A DNA stretch of 62,812 bases, counting the filler, from Vannella sp. (taxonomy: Eukaryota), in NCBI GenBank assembly GCA_023345925.1. It is 7 parts of 7 records of this genome, joined end to end, with 100 filler letters (N's around TTAATTAATTAA, not from the genome) between each part and the next. Parts side by side here need not be neighbours in the genome. Positions count along the whole stretch, not along the records: positions 1 to 7,686 come from JAJQQN010000166.1; positions 7,787 to 20,568 come from JAJQQN010000908.1; 5 more parts are not named here. The stretch is one strand, 5' to 3'. The translations under genes were made by a program, and so were the position numbers. How positions within the stretch are numbered: the stretch's first letter is position 1; every line of letters begins with the position of its first letter. Below, one piece after another: positions 1-11,590 of this stretch. The notes beneath the pieces were generated by a model that worked only from the letters and a program-made list of their open reading frames with translations, searched no databases and had not been told where the DNA came from.

Positions 1-190
1 CACATGTCTTCCAACATGTTAACATTATATCCCCCCAAAAGTAAACCATTAATATAAATTATACCGTTATTTTAACCTTCCTTCCATCCTTTTGATCAGT
101 ATGTGATTGAAAGTGTCAATGACTATTGATGAATAAATGTTCCACAATATTGTCCACAAAATAGAATTTGGGTCATTTTTGGTTGGGACA

Positions 191-1315
191 ATGACATATG
201 CCACGTTGTATGAAGGTCCCGAGCTCCCCGTGAAGCTCTCTGACACAAAGAATTTGCTCCCACCATCGGTGCCAGAGCCACCGCAACGATGGACTGGGGA
301 GATGCTGCTTTGTGGAGGCGGCATCCTCTTCTTCTTCTTGGGTTATGGACTCCTTCAAGAGCAAATCATGACTAGATCGTGGGTCGAAGATGGTCCAGTG
401 TTCTCTTACTCTGCTTACTTGGTCCTCTCGAACCGTATCGTGGCGATTCTTGTTGCCGCTGCCATCCTCCTCTACACTGGCGGTTCGTTCGCCAACGTTG
501 CGCCGCTTTACAAGTACATGGGCATCTCCCTCTCTAACACGGTAGCCACCTATTGCCAATACGAGGCTCTCAAGTATGTTTCCTTCCCCACACAAACCTT
601 GGGCAAGTGTGGAAAGACCATTCCCGTGCTCATCCTCGGCACTCTCGTCGGAGGAAAGAAATACGACCTTTCTGAGGTTGTCATCTGTCTTGTCATCACG
701 GCAGGTTGCAGCATCTTCGTCCTGACAGGAGTACGTACCATCAAGCGACACTTGAGCTTCACCTTACCTCGAGGGGCAGGATGTGAGCGCGTCTGACAAG
801 GAAGACACGATGTATGGCTTCATCTACATGGCTGGCTATCTCTTCTTCGACGGCTTCACCAGTGTATTCCAAGAGAAGCTCTTCCGCGGCTACAAAATGA
901 CAACGTACAACCAAATGATCTACGTTAACGCTTGCTCCGGTGTCCTCAGCCTTGGTAGTACGTACCTACATGTGCCTGGATCAGAAACAAGTATCTAAGG
1001 AGCGTTGTAGTGCTTCTATTGAGCAGTGATTTAGCTCCCGCGGTCCAGTTCTCCCTGGATTATCCTGTCTTCTTTGCTAGCTCTATCGGGCTGTCTATCT
1101 GCGCAGCAGGTGGACAACTGGTAATCTATCACACGATCAAGAAGTTCGGCGCTCTCTTCTTTGCGATTGTCATGACAACCCGTCAAGTCTTCAGCATCCT
1201 CCTGTCTTGCCTCTACTTCCGCCACCCGCTCTCCTTCGGCCAGTGGACTGGAGCAGGTACAGTGTTTGGGGCTCTGTACTACAAGGGAGCTCGCAAGAAG
1301 CCAGGCAAGAAGTAA
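191..1315 (+). CDS. SLC35B/UAA-family nucleotide-sugar or PAPS transporter, 3 exons
   Basis: Multi-TM protein with YEALKYVSFPTQTLGKCGK, DGFTSVFQEKLF and TIKKFGAL..MTTRQ motifs; ORF pieces are joined in frame by GT-AG introns 731-779 and 958-1010. Confidence 0.9.
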
Positions 1316-1402
1316 GCGGAGACGAACCGTTAACAAACGATGTACGATCGGCCAATCCCCGCTTTAGTGGGAAAACCAGACTGTAAGAGGAGTTGGGAGG
1401 GC

Positions 1403-2782
1403 TTATGAATCAAAGATGGCAGAGATCCTCCCTCGGATACGACTCTTAGCGCGCGTAGCGTTCTGGCTGGGCGCGATCGCCTCCGTTTCAGCTTTGATTC
1501 GTTCCAGAGTGGCCTTGTCCAAGGGTACTTCTACCTCGTCAGACTCCAGCCACTCCTTGACTGTTTCACGTCGCATGGCAGCCTCAAACCCACTGACGGC
1601 CTCCCCTGACTCACCAAGGATGCGGCGTTTGAGGAACTCGACGGTGTAGGGGCCGCAGTCGTAGATGTTGGTCTGTCTGCGATCAATGCGAGTCACAAGA
1701 AGGTCCTTCGCCTTCCATCCAAGCTTATTGAAGACCTTGCAGCGGGCCAGACCTTCAATCGCGCGGTTTACTTCCTGCCAGCGGAACTGGAACCATTCAG
1801 CAGTGTTGAGGATAGGCAAAGAGTCAAGTAGTGTGACTAGTAGAGCTTGGCGATCAGGGGAAGCTGAGATCTCCAGGAGACACCAATGAGTGCCATCCAC
1901 GTGAAGGGGGAGGAAGATGCGCTTGATATAGGACGGGGGAGACTCCACCTCACCAGCATAGAGTAAGGAGATCACCTCTAGAGGAGAATAAACCAAGACA
2001 TCCTCGGTTTGCTCCGCTGTGAGCTCTTCTCGCTTCATGTGAGCAATTGAGCACCTCAGGATCTCGTCGTCCCACCACTCTTTGTCTTGGGCTGTCTTGA
2101 CACTCTCTGGGTCAACCTTCTTTGGTAGCTCTGGCCATGTTGTTGGGGCTTTCAGAGTCACCTCAACTTCAGATGACGAGGAATCATCGTCCGCGTCCGT
2201 CTTTTCAGTTGTTCTCTTGGCCTTGGGTTCTTCAGACTCTGGTTGTGTGACGATAGTAGATTGAGTCTCTTGAACTTCTTTTGGTGGTTCCACTTCACCT
2301 TCAACAGCGGCCTCCTTTGGCTTCTCCTCTTCCTCTGCTCCGTCATCCGATGTTTGCTTGTCTTCTGGCTCGTTGGCAGATTTCTCAATATCAGGTAAGG
2401 AAGTGGAACTCCCTGGACGATCTACAGTTGGTGGAATCTTGTCCTGGACTGTTTCCTCGAACTCGTCATCCTCCGCGGTCTCATGCGAAGTGATTTCGAT
2501 GACAGTGATGACGTTCGTCCGGTTCTGGCGATACCTTGACTCAGCCATGATAGGGAGAAAGTCTATGCTTTGATTGGGGTCGCACGGGTCAAACTTCAGC
2601 ACGGACACGGTCACATTCGTGGGCGAAGGTGTGAACTGGAACGAGGGCATCGGCATCGCGGTAATACTCTTCTTAGACGAGTCCAAAGTGGCTCTAGACT
2701 CTTTCAAGAGCGTCCTCAGCCTCTTTCGGGCTTCCTCCAGACGACAACGAGCAGCAGTTGGCGCAACTTGGGCGGCAGTCAT
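1403..2782 (-). CDS. Ulp1/SENP-like cysteine peptidase (C48) with acidic low-complexity N-terminal region
   Basis: HW (GTHWCLL), LDSL and QTNIYDCG give the His-Asp-Gln-Cys catalytic set; start codon uncertain. Confidence 0.8.
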   Translation of the reverse strand: MTAAQVAPTAARCRLEEARKRLRTLLKESRATLDSSKKSITAMPMPSFQFTPSPTNVTVSVLKFDPCDPNQSIDFLPIMAESRYRQNRTNVITVIEITSHETAEDDEFEETVQDKIPPTVDRPGSSTSLPDIEKSANEPEDKQTSDDGAEEEEKPKEAAVEGEVEPPKEVQETQSTIVTQPESEEPKAKRTTEKTDADDDSSSSEVEVTLKAPTTWPELPKKVDPESVKTAQDKEWWDDEILRCSIAHMKREELTAEQTEDVLVYSPLEVISLLYAGEVESPPSYIKRIFLPLHVDGTHWCLLEISASPDRQALLVTLLDSLPILNTAEWFQFRWQEVNRAIEGLARCKVFNKLGWKAKDLLVTRIDRRQTNIYDCGPYTVEFLKRRILGESGEAVSGFEAAMRRETVKEWLESDEVEVPLDKATLERIKAETEAIAPSQNATRAKSRIRGRISAIFDS

Positions 2783-3564
2783 CCAGTGACTGATCGATGG
2801 ATAAAAGTGATCAAATGTCCCCCAAAAAGGTCGAAACCTCTCCAAACCCACAAAAAGGAGAGGACAGTCTACCCGTTAATATGGTGGCGGTATCTCAAGT
2901 TTGGATTGCTCCTCCCGCCTATTCTGCACCCTCTCACAATGACGGGCTTCGGTAGCAACTAGGGGTGGACCGATTCAAACGTCCTCTCTTTCCATAACGA
3001 GAGAGGCTTCAGCCTTTTCTCCCCCCATGGCTTCATAAGATAAAGTCTGTTTTTCCAAAAAAAAAAAAGAGCTAAACGGCTGTTGCGCGCTCTCCTATTC
3101 ACAGAAAAATTTCCGGCATTGTGATATGATCATAAAAGAAGTCGGGTGTTGAGTTTCCTGCAAGGTATTTCACTGCTCTCCTCTCGCCACTCGTTGAATG
3201 AAAGGAATGCCCTCTTTGCCTGAAACCTTTGGTTGCGGTATTAGCTTGGTTTTGGTCGAATCTCCAGTCCAAACATATCTCTTCCCTTTTGCTTTCTGTT
3301 GAGAACTGACGAACCCTGTTTGGAAAACTCGTATGTTTGGACAGAAGATTAGCCGGTTCTGTTGATACCAACGATAGATAGAGGCCAAGCCATCAGCCAC
3401 GTCACCTTGGAGGGGGTGACGTGGAGGGAAGAGCGGGAGAATGAAACAATCGGAATGGACCAATCAGTTGCAAACATTGACAGAAATCAGAATATTCATG
3501 TAATATCATTCTCGTGGGTTTCTTCACAGTTTTGAATGTGCGTAATGATCCATTGTTTGGGGGA

Positions 3565-4800
3565 ATGACTTGGGAGAAGGCCTGTTCCATTCTGGATGGC
3601 GGGCAAGTATCCCATGAAGATCGACTAAGAGCACTTGGTTTTCTTCAAAGCGCCCTGGTGACTGGAGACCAACGCGCAGTGGCAAGGATTGCGTCGGTTA
3701 TGTTCGAAGTGGACAAAGCAGCTGCTGTCAAGTTTTGCCAAGAGCACATCGATGATCTCAGATGCAAGGTTGTCCTTGCTGTATCCTACCTTGAGGGACT
3801 TGGAGGACTAGAGAAGGATTACGACAAGTCAGAGAGATTGATGAAGGCCGCTGCATCAGAGGGCGACAGTGCAGCAAAGTTCAATCTTTCTGTTCTCTAC
3901 TTCTGCAAAGGTCAATCAGGTGAGTATGCCACAGAAGCACCCAATTCTGATAGAGGTGCAGAGTTGGAGTTCTATTGGGCCAATGAAGCAGCCATTTCTG
4001 GATCTGCCGAAGCGGAATCCAGATTGAAGGAGCTCATCGAGAGTGGGCGGGGAGTACCGCCAGAGAAGTATCATCTTCACATTGAATACCTTAATGCCAG
4101 CACCACCCCGAACTCAAAGTTCCTCCTTGGTACACACATGGAGCAAGGGACATTTGGTATTCTTCCAAATCCTGGCCAGGCCTTAACGAGCTACAAGGAA
4201 GCAGCTCAAAGTAACCACAGCGGTGCATTGTATCGCATCGGGATGCTCTACAGTGAGTCTCGTGAGGGCATTCCTTCAGATTACGGGGAGATGCAGAATT
4301 ATCTTCAGAGGGCTGTGAATGCTGGATGCGTGGATGCGGCAGTAAGCCTTGCTAACTTTAAGGTGGAAGGTTCCAAACTTCCACAGGATGTCGCTGGCGC
4401 TTTTGGATTACTTATGGAGCATGGAAAGGAAGCCTCTGGCGAGCTCACTGCCGATGGCAAGGCTGTTCTCGCTCGAATTTACCTCACAGCCTCTTTCAAT
4501 GAACCTACCAAGGCAAAAGAACTTCGTCTTGAGGCTGCCACAGGAGGGTCTCTATTGGCGATGTTTGACTTCATTGATGAATCCCCAGATGACCTTCACG
4601 CAAATCTCAAATGGCTTCAACATGCATCAGCTACTGGACATGTACCTTCCATGGAGAAGCTGGGTGGGTACTTGTTGGAAACTCGTGACTTTCCTGAAGC
4701 AGCCAAGTGGCTCTTTCAAGCGGCTCAAAAAGGGAGCAAACGAGGAAGCGAACTTCTGGCCACCTTTGGCTATGAAGTGGAGAATGCTCTCTTTGGTTGA
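3565..4800 (+). CDS. Sel1-like repeat protein
   Basis: Repeated 'AA..G...A...LG..Y..G' units, e.g. YKEAAQSNHSGALYRIGMLY and KWLFQAAQKG; 5' end uncertain. Confidence 0.8.
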   Translation: MTWEKACSILDGGQVSHEDRLRALGFLQSALVTGDQRAVARIASVMFEVDKAAAVKFCQEHIDDLRCKVVLAVSYLEGLGGLEKDYDKSERLMKAAASEGDSAAKFNLSVLYFCKGQSGEYATEAPNSDRGAELEFYWANEAAISGSAEAESRLKELIESGRGVPPEKYHLHIEYLNASTTPNSKFLLGTHMEQGTFGILPNPGQALTSYKEAAQSNHSGALYRIGMLYSESREGIPSDYGEMQNYLQRAVNAGCVDAAVSLANFKVEGSKLPQDVAGAFGLLMEHGKEASGELTADGKAVLARIYLTASFNEPTKAKELRLEAATGGSLLAMFDFIDESPDDLHANLKWLQHASATGHVPSMEKLGGYLLETRDFPEAAKWLFQAAQKGSKRGSELLATFGYEVENALFG

Positions 4801-4826
4801 AGTTAAAGTTTACGTTCTTTTGAAGA

Positions 4827-6473
4827 TCACAGCATAAAAGTCTGGCTCACAAACTTGAATGACGGGAGATCTGGATGTTTCGATTTTTGTGAAGCAGCCG
4901 CTGCATCAATATCGAAGCCGGATGGGCCGCATGCAAGGAGCTCGATTGAGTTAGCGTCAGGGAAGTTGCTGGATACACACTGTTGAACCCTCCTGAGCTC
5001 AGAAGAGAGGTTGGGTCGGTCTGGTTCAAATCGGAATTCGCAGGGTTTCTCCAATTCCTCTTCGAGGCTGGACTGAATAGATGGCATATTAGTATACTGT
5101 TCTTGTGTATCGCTGTTATCTCCCCATTGGAATGACTCTGTGGCACCATAAATTCCTTGTTGGGGCTGCGGAATGAATTCTACTAGTTTGGCATTCTTGC
5201 CCCTTCCAGTTACGAAAATCCTCAGTTCGATTATTTTGGACTTGTTCTCTGCACGAACTTGCAGCTCTCTGAGGAAAGAACCGAACCAAAGCAGCTCATC
5301 AGTTGACTTAACAACCCAAATTAAATGGAGTGATTGAGGCTGGTTGATAGGTCCCTCTCTCGAGTCACAAGAAAGTAGCGTCTTCATAATAGATACAACC
5401 GGAGTGATGCCAATACCACCTACTAGGAAGCAAAAGTGTGATTTTTTGGCGCGCTTTGACAGATAAGGGTTTCCGTAAGGGCCATCCAGTCGAACACTGA
5501 CGACGTTATCAAATTTCAAGCTCCTTGAGCTCTGAGAATAGCTTTCAGATTCACCGTCATTGAGATCTCCAACATTCCGCCGAGCTAACTGATTTAATTG
5601 ACCCGACCATGTTCCTGGTCCCATCGACTTGATGATGAACGTCAACTTTGTCTCATTCTCACCTGATGACACAGAATAAGGGTGAGATTGCCATTGAGAC
5701 ACTTGAGGGATGTTCAGGAAGTAGTATTGACCTGCTCGGAATTTGCCCTCAAAACTCACTTGAAGGCAAGTCATTCCATTCTGCACATTATCAAGGACGA
5801 AGATCTCAGCATTGGAGGTCAGAAACCGGTAACTGCGTCGGGATAGATCAACAAGATAGAAGAATACTCCAGGAGCTAAATAGTAAAGGAGGAGGTCCTG
5901 GTTCCACCCATTCTTCCAAGGATTCTGTACCAAGAGGGTATGTAGAACGGCCATAGAGATGATTGCTATGAAGAGGTGGTGGGTCACGTAGAACCACTCA
6001 AAGTAATGGCGCCTGAAGAACTCGAAGGCCATAACTCCACTGAGTATCGCAAGGAGCCACGTGATGGTTCCTGTGAGAGCAGCTGTATAAACAGTTCCGT
6101 CTTCTTCACAAGTTATGCTGCCACAGGTGTCATGAATGGTTCCCAGAGCTGAAAAGAGCACCCAGGAGAGCCCATGGGCTGTCACAAGAAAGATGAGCCA
6201 CCTGGCTAAGCCACGGTGGTATGCAATAGCTTGTTCGAAAGGGATTCCAAAGAGACGTTGAATGATGCCATCTCGAGACACTGGAATGATCAGGAGAGAG
6301 AGGTTGAGCATGTTCAAGTGCCCCAACATCCTACCAAACAGGTTGCCCTCTTGTTCCTGCGAAAGCTGAGCAAAAAAGAACGTGCACCAAGCCACATTCA
6401 ACACCAACCACACCACAGCAGGCCACACCGACAAGTTCGCCCGTTTCAACAAGATCCAGTCCCAAAGGACCAT
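4827..6473 (-). CDS. Ferric reductase / NADPH-oxidase-family flavocytochrome
   Basis: TM domain with heme His pairs (YHR..TAHG, THH..VLH); FAD motif HPYS; NADPH motifs DGPYG, GGIGITP, CGP. Confidence 0.9.
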   Translation of the reverse strand: MVLWDWILLKRANLSVWPAVVWLVLNVAWCTFFFAQLSQEQEGNLFGRMLGHLNMLNLSLLIIPVSRDGIIQRLFGIPFEQAIAYHRGLARWLIFLVTAHGLSWVLFSALGTIHDTCGSITCEEDGTVYTAALTGTITWLLAILSGVMAFEFFRRHYFEWFYVTHHLFIAIISMAVLHTLLVQNPWKNGWNQDLLLYYLAPGVFFYLVDLSRRSYRFLTSNAEIFVLDNVQNGMTCLQVSFEGKFRAGQYYFLNIPQVSQWQSHPYSVSSGENETKLTFIIKSMGPGTWSGQLNQLARRNVGDLNDGESESYSQSSRSLKFDNVVSVRLDGPYGNPYLSKRAKKSHFCFLVGGIGITPVVSIMKTLLSCDSREGPINQPQSLHLIWVVKSTDELLWFGSFLRELQVRAENKSKIIELRIFVTGRGKNAKLVEFIPQPQQGIYGATESFQWGDNSDTQEQYTNMPSIQSSLEEELEKPCEFRFEPDRPNLSSELRRVQQCVSSNFPDANSIELLACGPSGFDIDAAAASQKSKHPDLPSFKFVSQTFML

Positions 6474-6557
6474 TGCCAGCTCCTTCTGCCCACTACCTTA
6501 TGCCTTTGCACGCTATTCCTTATCCATCATTGTTATTTGAGCCTCCTGGACCTCGCT

Positions 6558-7392
6558 ATGGCCTCCCGGATGTGCATGAAGTGCGGAAGGATGATCGGTG
6601 CGGGCGGGTGTCCTGTTTGTTCGCTTCCAGAGGCTGGTTCAATAACCAAGGTGGAGAAGGGGTTGAGTATGATGGAAGGGAGCAGGGGATCTGGCACTCA
6701 TCACTGAGTAGAGAAGAAAAACCTCGGCAGGTACTTTGGCAAAGCTAAGCGGGTCAACCCTTTCGGTTCTGGCGGTTCTTCTGGGGTTCCATACCTTTTA
6801 GAAACTACACCTACGTCACACACTCGCGTAGGTCCAGCTTCCACCGGGAAAAAGGCATTGACAAACTGGTTCTTGCAGTCTCCGCAGCCACTCTTTGATG
6901 AGCAGTCTATTCTTCGTTGGAAGAACTTCTTTCATCTACCCGAAGAGCCACTAATTGCAGGTATGCATCAGAAAGAGAGTTTGAAGAGTGTCTTCCAAGT
7001 ATTGAGATTCTGCAGAGCTTTGGTGTAAGGCACTGAGTGGAGACCAGGTGTTGGAAGGATCTACTTATATCACTCCCAATTACTTTGCATTTACAGCGCC
7101 TTACAACAACCAGCATGTTTCCATTCTGCTCTCTTTTGAAAGTGTCTTAGATATCAGACCCGCGGTGCCCGCTGGTGTCGGTTCAGACTTCTTCATGGTG
7201 GAGGAACCCAATCCGCGCTGTACTGGAGTTCAATTCTATACTTCTGATCTCAAGGTGAGTGCTATGTCACACCTTTCGAAGGTGAAATTAATCAAACTGG
7301 CTCAGTTACATCAATTCTTCGATTGTTGCTTAGTAGAGAGTTACTACGTTTGGTACACTCTTATTACTGAAGCCTGGATGAAATGTAAATAA
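6558..7392 (+). CDS. GRAM-domain protein with N-terminal CxxC..CxxC, spliced
   Basis: After removing intron 6961-7015 it reads FFHLPEEPLIAELWCKALSGDQVLEGSTYITPNYFAF, matching the GRAM pattern; other introns near 6651 and 7254. Confidence 0.65.
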
Positions 7393-7560
7393 ATGCGATT
7401 GGCTGGTCCTACACTGTGGCTTGACTGTCCCTCTTAAAAACATAATAACAAAGACTACAAGGTGACCGAAGCCACCTTCTTACTTAGCCATGTTGGTGTA
7501 TTGTATTTGACACATAAAAACCTCAAAAACTTGATTCGCAATCGTCGTGGTGGATTCTTC

Positions 7561-7686
7561 TCCGAGAGAATTTACCGCCCCACTCAACGTTCAAAAAGTA
7601 CCCCAACCAAAACAGACAAAAAGTTCATTGGTAAAGGTCCGGATCGAATTTAGAGGCACTTTTCAACCGTGGCCAGCGGACGTGGT
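7561..7686. repeat. Dispersed repeat family A, copy at contig end
   Basis: 7590-7660 is the near reverse complement of 20773-20841; 7645-7686 matches 20690-20731 and 20911-20941. Confidence 0.85.
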
Positions 7687-7786
7687 NNNNNNNNNNNNNN
7701 NNNNNNNNNNNNNNNNNNNNNNNNNNNNNNTTAATTAATTAANNNNNNNNNNNNNNNNNNNNNNNNNNNNNNNNNNNNNNNNNNNN
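7687..7786. other. Artificial contig spacer (identical spacers at 20569, 30248, 42194, 49772, 58651)
   Basis: 44 N + TTAATTAATTAA (stops in all six frames) + 44 N, repeated six times. Confidence 0.98.
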
Positions 7787-9502
7787 GGGTCTCGTACTTG
7801 CCCTGCTTGATGAACTTGGACTCGAATTTGTACATAAAGTCCAAGTTGCGGAGTTGCTCTTGTGTGAGAGCTTCCTCACCGATAACCGCCTTCATGGCTT
7901 GCACATCCTTTCCGGAAGCGTAGTTGGCGTACATCTCGTAGGAGACGGCGGGGTGATCCTTACGGGTCATACCCTCACCAATGGCGCTTTTCATGAGACG
8001 AGACAGAGATGGCAGCACGTCAATGGGTGGGTAGAGCTGGCGACTGTGCATGGAGCGGTCCACGTAGATTTGTCCCTCTGTAATGTATCCAGTCAAATCG
8101 GGGATAGGATGGGTGATGTCGTCGTTGGGCATGGTCAAAATGGGAATCTGAGTGATGGAACCGTTGCGACCCTTCACGCGACCAGCGCGCTCGTAGATGG
8201 TGGACAGATCGGTGTACATGTAACCGGGGTAACCACGGCGACCAGGCACCTCCTCACGGGCAGCTGACACCTCTCGAAGGGCATCTGCGTATGAACTCAT
8301 GTCGGTAAGGATGACCAACACGTGCTTCTCGCACTGGTAGGCAAGGTACTCGGCGGTGGTGAGAGCCAAACGAGGAGTGATGATACGCTCGATAGTGGGA
8401 TCGTTGGCCAAGTTGAGGAAGAGAGTCACACGCTCCATGGAGCCGTTCTCCTCGAAGTCCTGCTTGAAGAAGCGAGCAGTCTCCATGTTCACACCCATAG
8501 CGGCGAAAACGATCGCAAAGTTAGAGTCTTCCTTGCTTTCCTCGGCGGTCTTGTTTCCGAGGTTGACCAAGCCAGCTTGGCGACAAATCTGAGCAGCCAA
8601 CTAGAAGCCCAATAGTGAGTGTCTCTTCACGCACTGCACGCTAAGGTTTTCCTTACGTCGTTATGGGGAAGACCAGCAGCAGAGAAGATGGGAATCTTCT
8701 GACCACGAGCAATGGAGCACATAGTGTCGATAGCAGAGATACCTGTTTGGATCATCTCCTCGGGATACACACGAGTGCAGGGGTTAATGGGTTGACCTGC
8801 AAGGAAGAGGCAGGTCAGAGAAGTGTTCGTTGGCGTTCTTGGGACCGCATCAGCTCACCCTGGATATCTAGGAACTTCTCAGCAAGCACGGTGGGACCTC
8901 CATCAATGGGCTTTCCGGATCCGTTGAAGACACGGCCCAGAACGTCCTCAGAGACAGGGATGCGGAGAATATCTCCAGTAAACTCGCAGCGAGTGTTACG
9001 AGCATCAATACCCGATGTTCCCTCAAAGACCTGCGTTCCTCCGTCAGCTCCTTGATTTTACCGATTTTTCGGGATGAGCACCGACCTGTACGATGGCCTT
9101 TTGACCACGAACTTCGAGTACTTGTCCCTTGCGGATGGTTCCATCACCCAGAGTTAACATGACGATCTCAGCATATCGAGGGAGCTGGAAACACCCTTGG
9201 TTAGAAGCCAGGAGCAGACCTGATGAAGGGCGAGTTTCTTACTCGGACGTTGTCAAGGATAACAAGAGGACCGTTTACTGCAGTCACAGTTCTGTAATCT
9301 AAATGAAGAGGTGAGATGCTGCTGATCCGCTTGTTGGTTTCCGATGGCAAACTGAGGAGGCCACCAAGTGGACGGTGTTGGTCGCCAAAAGGGGTGGTAA
9401 CTCACCAAGACGGGGGTCCACGTGGTAGTCCCGAGACGCAACTTCGATGTGCCCCTCAAAGCTACTCTTCTGCAAGCTGATCCCAGAGGCGCTGTGAGCC
9501 AT
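7787..9502 (-). CDS. ATP6V1B: V-type H+-ATPase subunit B, 3'-truncated, about 5 introns
   Basis: [46 protein letters not shown] and [16 protein letters not shown] are diagnostic of V-ATPase B. Confidence 0.97.
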
Positions 9503-10157
9503 CGCGGTTGAGCAAAAGATCGCTTTCGAGTGGCAGAAAATTCTTTACAAAGTGGAGCCAGGGTTTCCTCTACGAATTGATTTTATAGGTTCTGGTCATT
9601 AATGTTGTTGTTGGGATCGCGGAGTTGACTTCCACTTCTTTGGGAGCTTCCATTTGCTTCTGGGGACACTCGTCCTCCACTTCAACTAGGCGCTAAGTTG
9701 AATGAAGAGGGTGGGTTTAGGCAAACGAAGGGAGGACAGAGTGGCGGAAGGAGAGATCTCCGCCAGCCAGTTCCCAAAGTAAATCCGTCAAGAGCGTTCT
9801 CTCTGGTGGACTCTGTCTCCTGCAACTGACTCAGAACTCTGTCTTCTCCTGCATCTGACTCAAAGCGTTTGATCGAAGCCGCTCTTGTCCACGGGTTTTC
9901 GTTTGACAAACTGAAAATAGCCCTGCATTGAACCGAATCTTGATCCCTTGAATTTATTGTCACAACAATGATCAACCTGATCACCCAGCCTCTAGTTTTC
10001 CGCAATAACTCACAATTTCTTGATTTGGAAACCAAAGTGGTCCGATTTGGATTTTGAGGAAATAATTGGGACAAAATGAGGAGCAATGTTGTAGGGGTCG
10101 TAGGAGGATAAATGAAGAACGATTCACGAGGTTTGGCATTAGTTTGTTCATACACTG

Positions 10158-10679
10158 ATGTTCACAACACACGCTCTCACCCCCTCTCAAGCCACGGCCG
10201 TGAAGATGTTCGAAGCGCACTTGAACCTCGAACAAGACCAGGCTTGGGTCATGCACTCATCAGAGATCCCACTTCGGTCAGGCCATTCATCATTCATCAG
10301 TGCTCCAACGTCAGTGCAAGATATCCGACCAACAGGAAACTGGAAATCTCCTCAGCTGCTGTCGGTGGTCCATCTTACGTCAGTAGACGGTTACCTTCTC
10401 TTGAGCGTCTCAGAAGTGTGTCACAGCCACGCGCTTGTGGACTATCACCTTAAAACCTGGCTCCTTCAAGCTTCTGATTGCCTTCTGAACGCGAATTACT
10501 CTTTTCTTTGGTGCGAAAGAGGAACCGATGTGATGGCCCCACGCAGGCCTCTCTTGTCTTCTTCCAGTTGGCCCTCTCTCCCAAGCCAGAAGGAAGGATC
10601 CTTATTCAACTGGGAAGGCGTTCCCCAACTCGACCAAACCTCAGCGATAGTGGACCATTCAAGCTTCAGCATGTTTTAG
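10158..10679 (+). CDS. Orphan family protein, copy 1 (173 aa, intronless)
   Basis: Paralogous to 10939-11442 and 15216-15779, with conserved MF.T..LT.SQA.AV..FE..LNL, SVDG, WCERG and EGS.F.WE. Confidence 0.8.
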   Translation: MFTTHALTPSQATAVKMFEAHLNLEQDQAWVMHSSEIPLRSGHSSFISAPTSVQDIRPTGNWKSPQLLSVVHLTSVDGYLLLSVSEVCHSHALVDYHLKTWLLQASDCLLNANYSFLWCERGTDVMAPRRPLLSSSSWPSLPSQKEGSLFNWEGVPQLDQTSAIVDHSSFSMF

Positions 10680-10938
10680 GTATCAAGTAATTCATATATA
10701 AATATTCTATATCAAACCAGAATGATGTTTTAGCTTCATCAGCAATTCGATTTGTTTTACCTTTTTTAGTAAAGAGCCCAAAAGGGGAACTTATCGGGAC
10801 GCTCTCCCCGAATCGGAACATTTATTTCATCTTCAAGTAATTACCAGTGATTATCTCAAGAGTTGCGACAGGAGTGACTTGGCTGGCTCAACAGGTTCAT
10901 ATCCAACTGATCAGGGCTTTCAAATCCAACCATTTCTT

Positions 10939-11442
10939 ATGTTCAGCACACACACACTCACCTCTTCTCAAGCATTCGCAGTGTCCAAGTTCGAGAACGA
11001 CCTCAACCTCGGGCCTTCGCAGGCTTGGGCAACAGAAACCTCGCAATTTGTGCTTCGATCGAACAACTCGTCATTCATCAGTAAACTGGCCGTCATGCAG
11101 GATCTGAAGACAACTGGCAACTGTTGGAGTTCTCCTCAGCTCCTCTCAGTGGCTCATCTTGTCTCCGTTGACGGCTATCTCCACATAAGCGTATCAGAAG
11201 TCCGTCACACTCATACGTTCGAAGACAGACACCTCAAGACATGGCTTCTTCAAGCCTCTGATCGCCTTCTGAATGCAACCTACTCTTACCTATGGTGTGA
11301 ACGAGGAGTCGATATCCAGGGACCTGCCACACGCCGGGTTTTCGTTTCAACGTGGGAAGGATCTCTTTTCGATTGGGAAGGCGTCCCTCAGTACGCTCAA
11401 ACCACCACTATGGTGGATCACACCAACTTCAATATCTTCTAA
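10939..11442 (+). CDS. Orphan family protein, copy 2 (167 aa, intronless)
   Basis: About 64% identical to copy 1 over the first ~126 aa (hand count). Confidence 0.8.
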   Translation: MFSTHTLTSSQAFAVSKFENDLNLGPSQAWATETSQFVLRSNNSSFISKLAVMQDLKTTGNCWSSPQLLSVAHLVSVDGYLHISVSEVRHTHTFEDRHLKTWLLQASDRLLNATYSYLWCERGVDIQGPATRRVFVSTWEGSLFDWEGVPQYAQTTTMVDHTNFNIF

Positions 11443-11590
11443 ACAACATCCCCTCAACGACCCGCCGGCGCTTGGGAAAGCTGCCCTCTGGGGCTCCAAA
11501 ACTGCGAATGTTCACTCCCAAAACCCTTGGCCAAGCTCAAATCACTAAATATTCATTCTATCAAAGGGAGAGTTGCTGGATGAGGCTTCC

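Noticed and set aside
7854..9055. Long antisense ORFs over V-ATPase B (likewise over SQOR, GT61 and RasGEF)
   Set aside because: Shadow ORFs caused by codon bias on the coding strand
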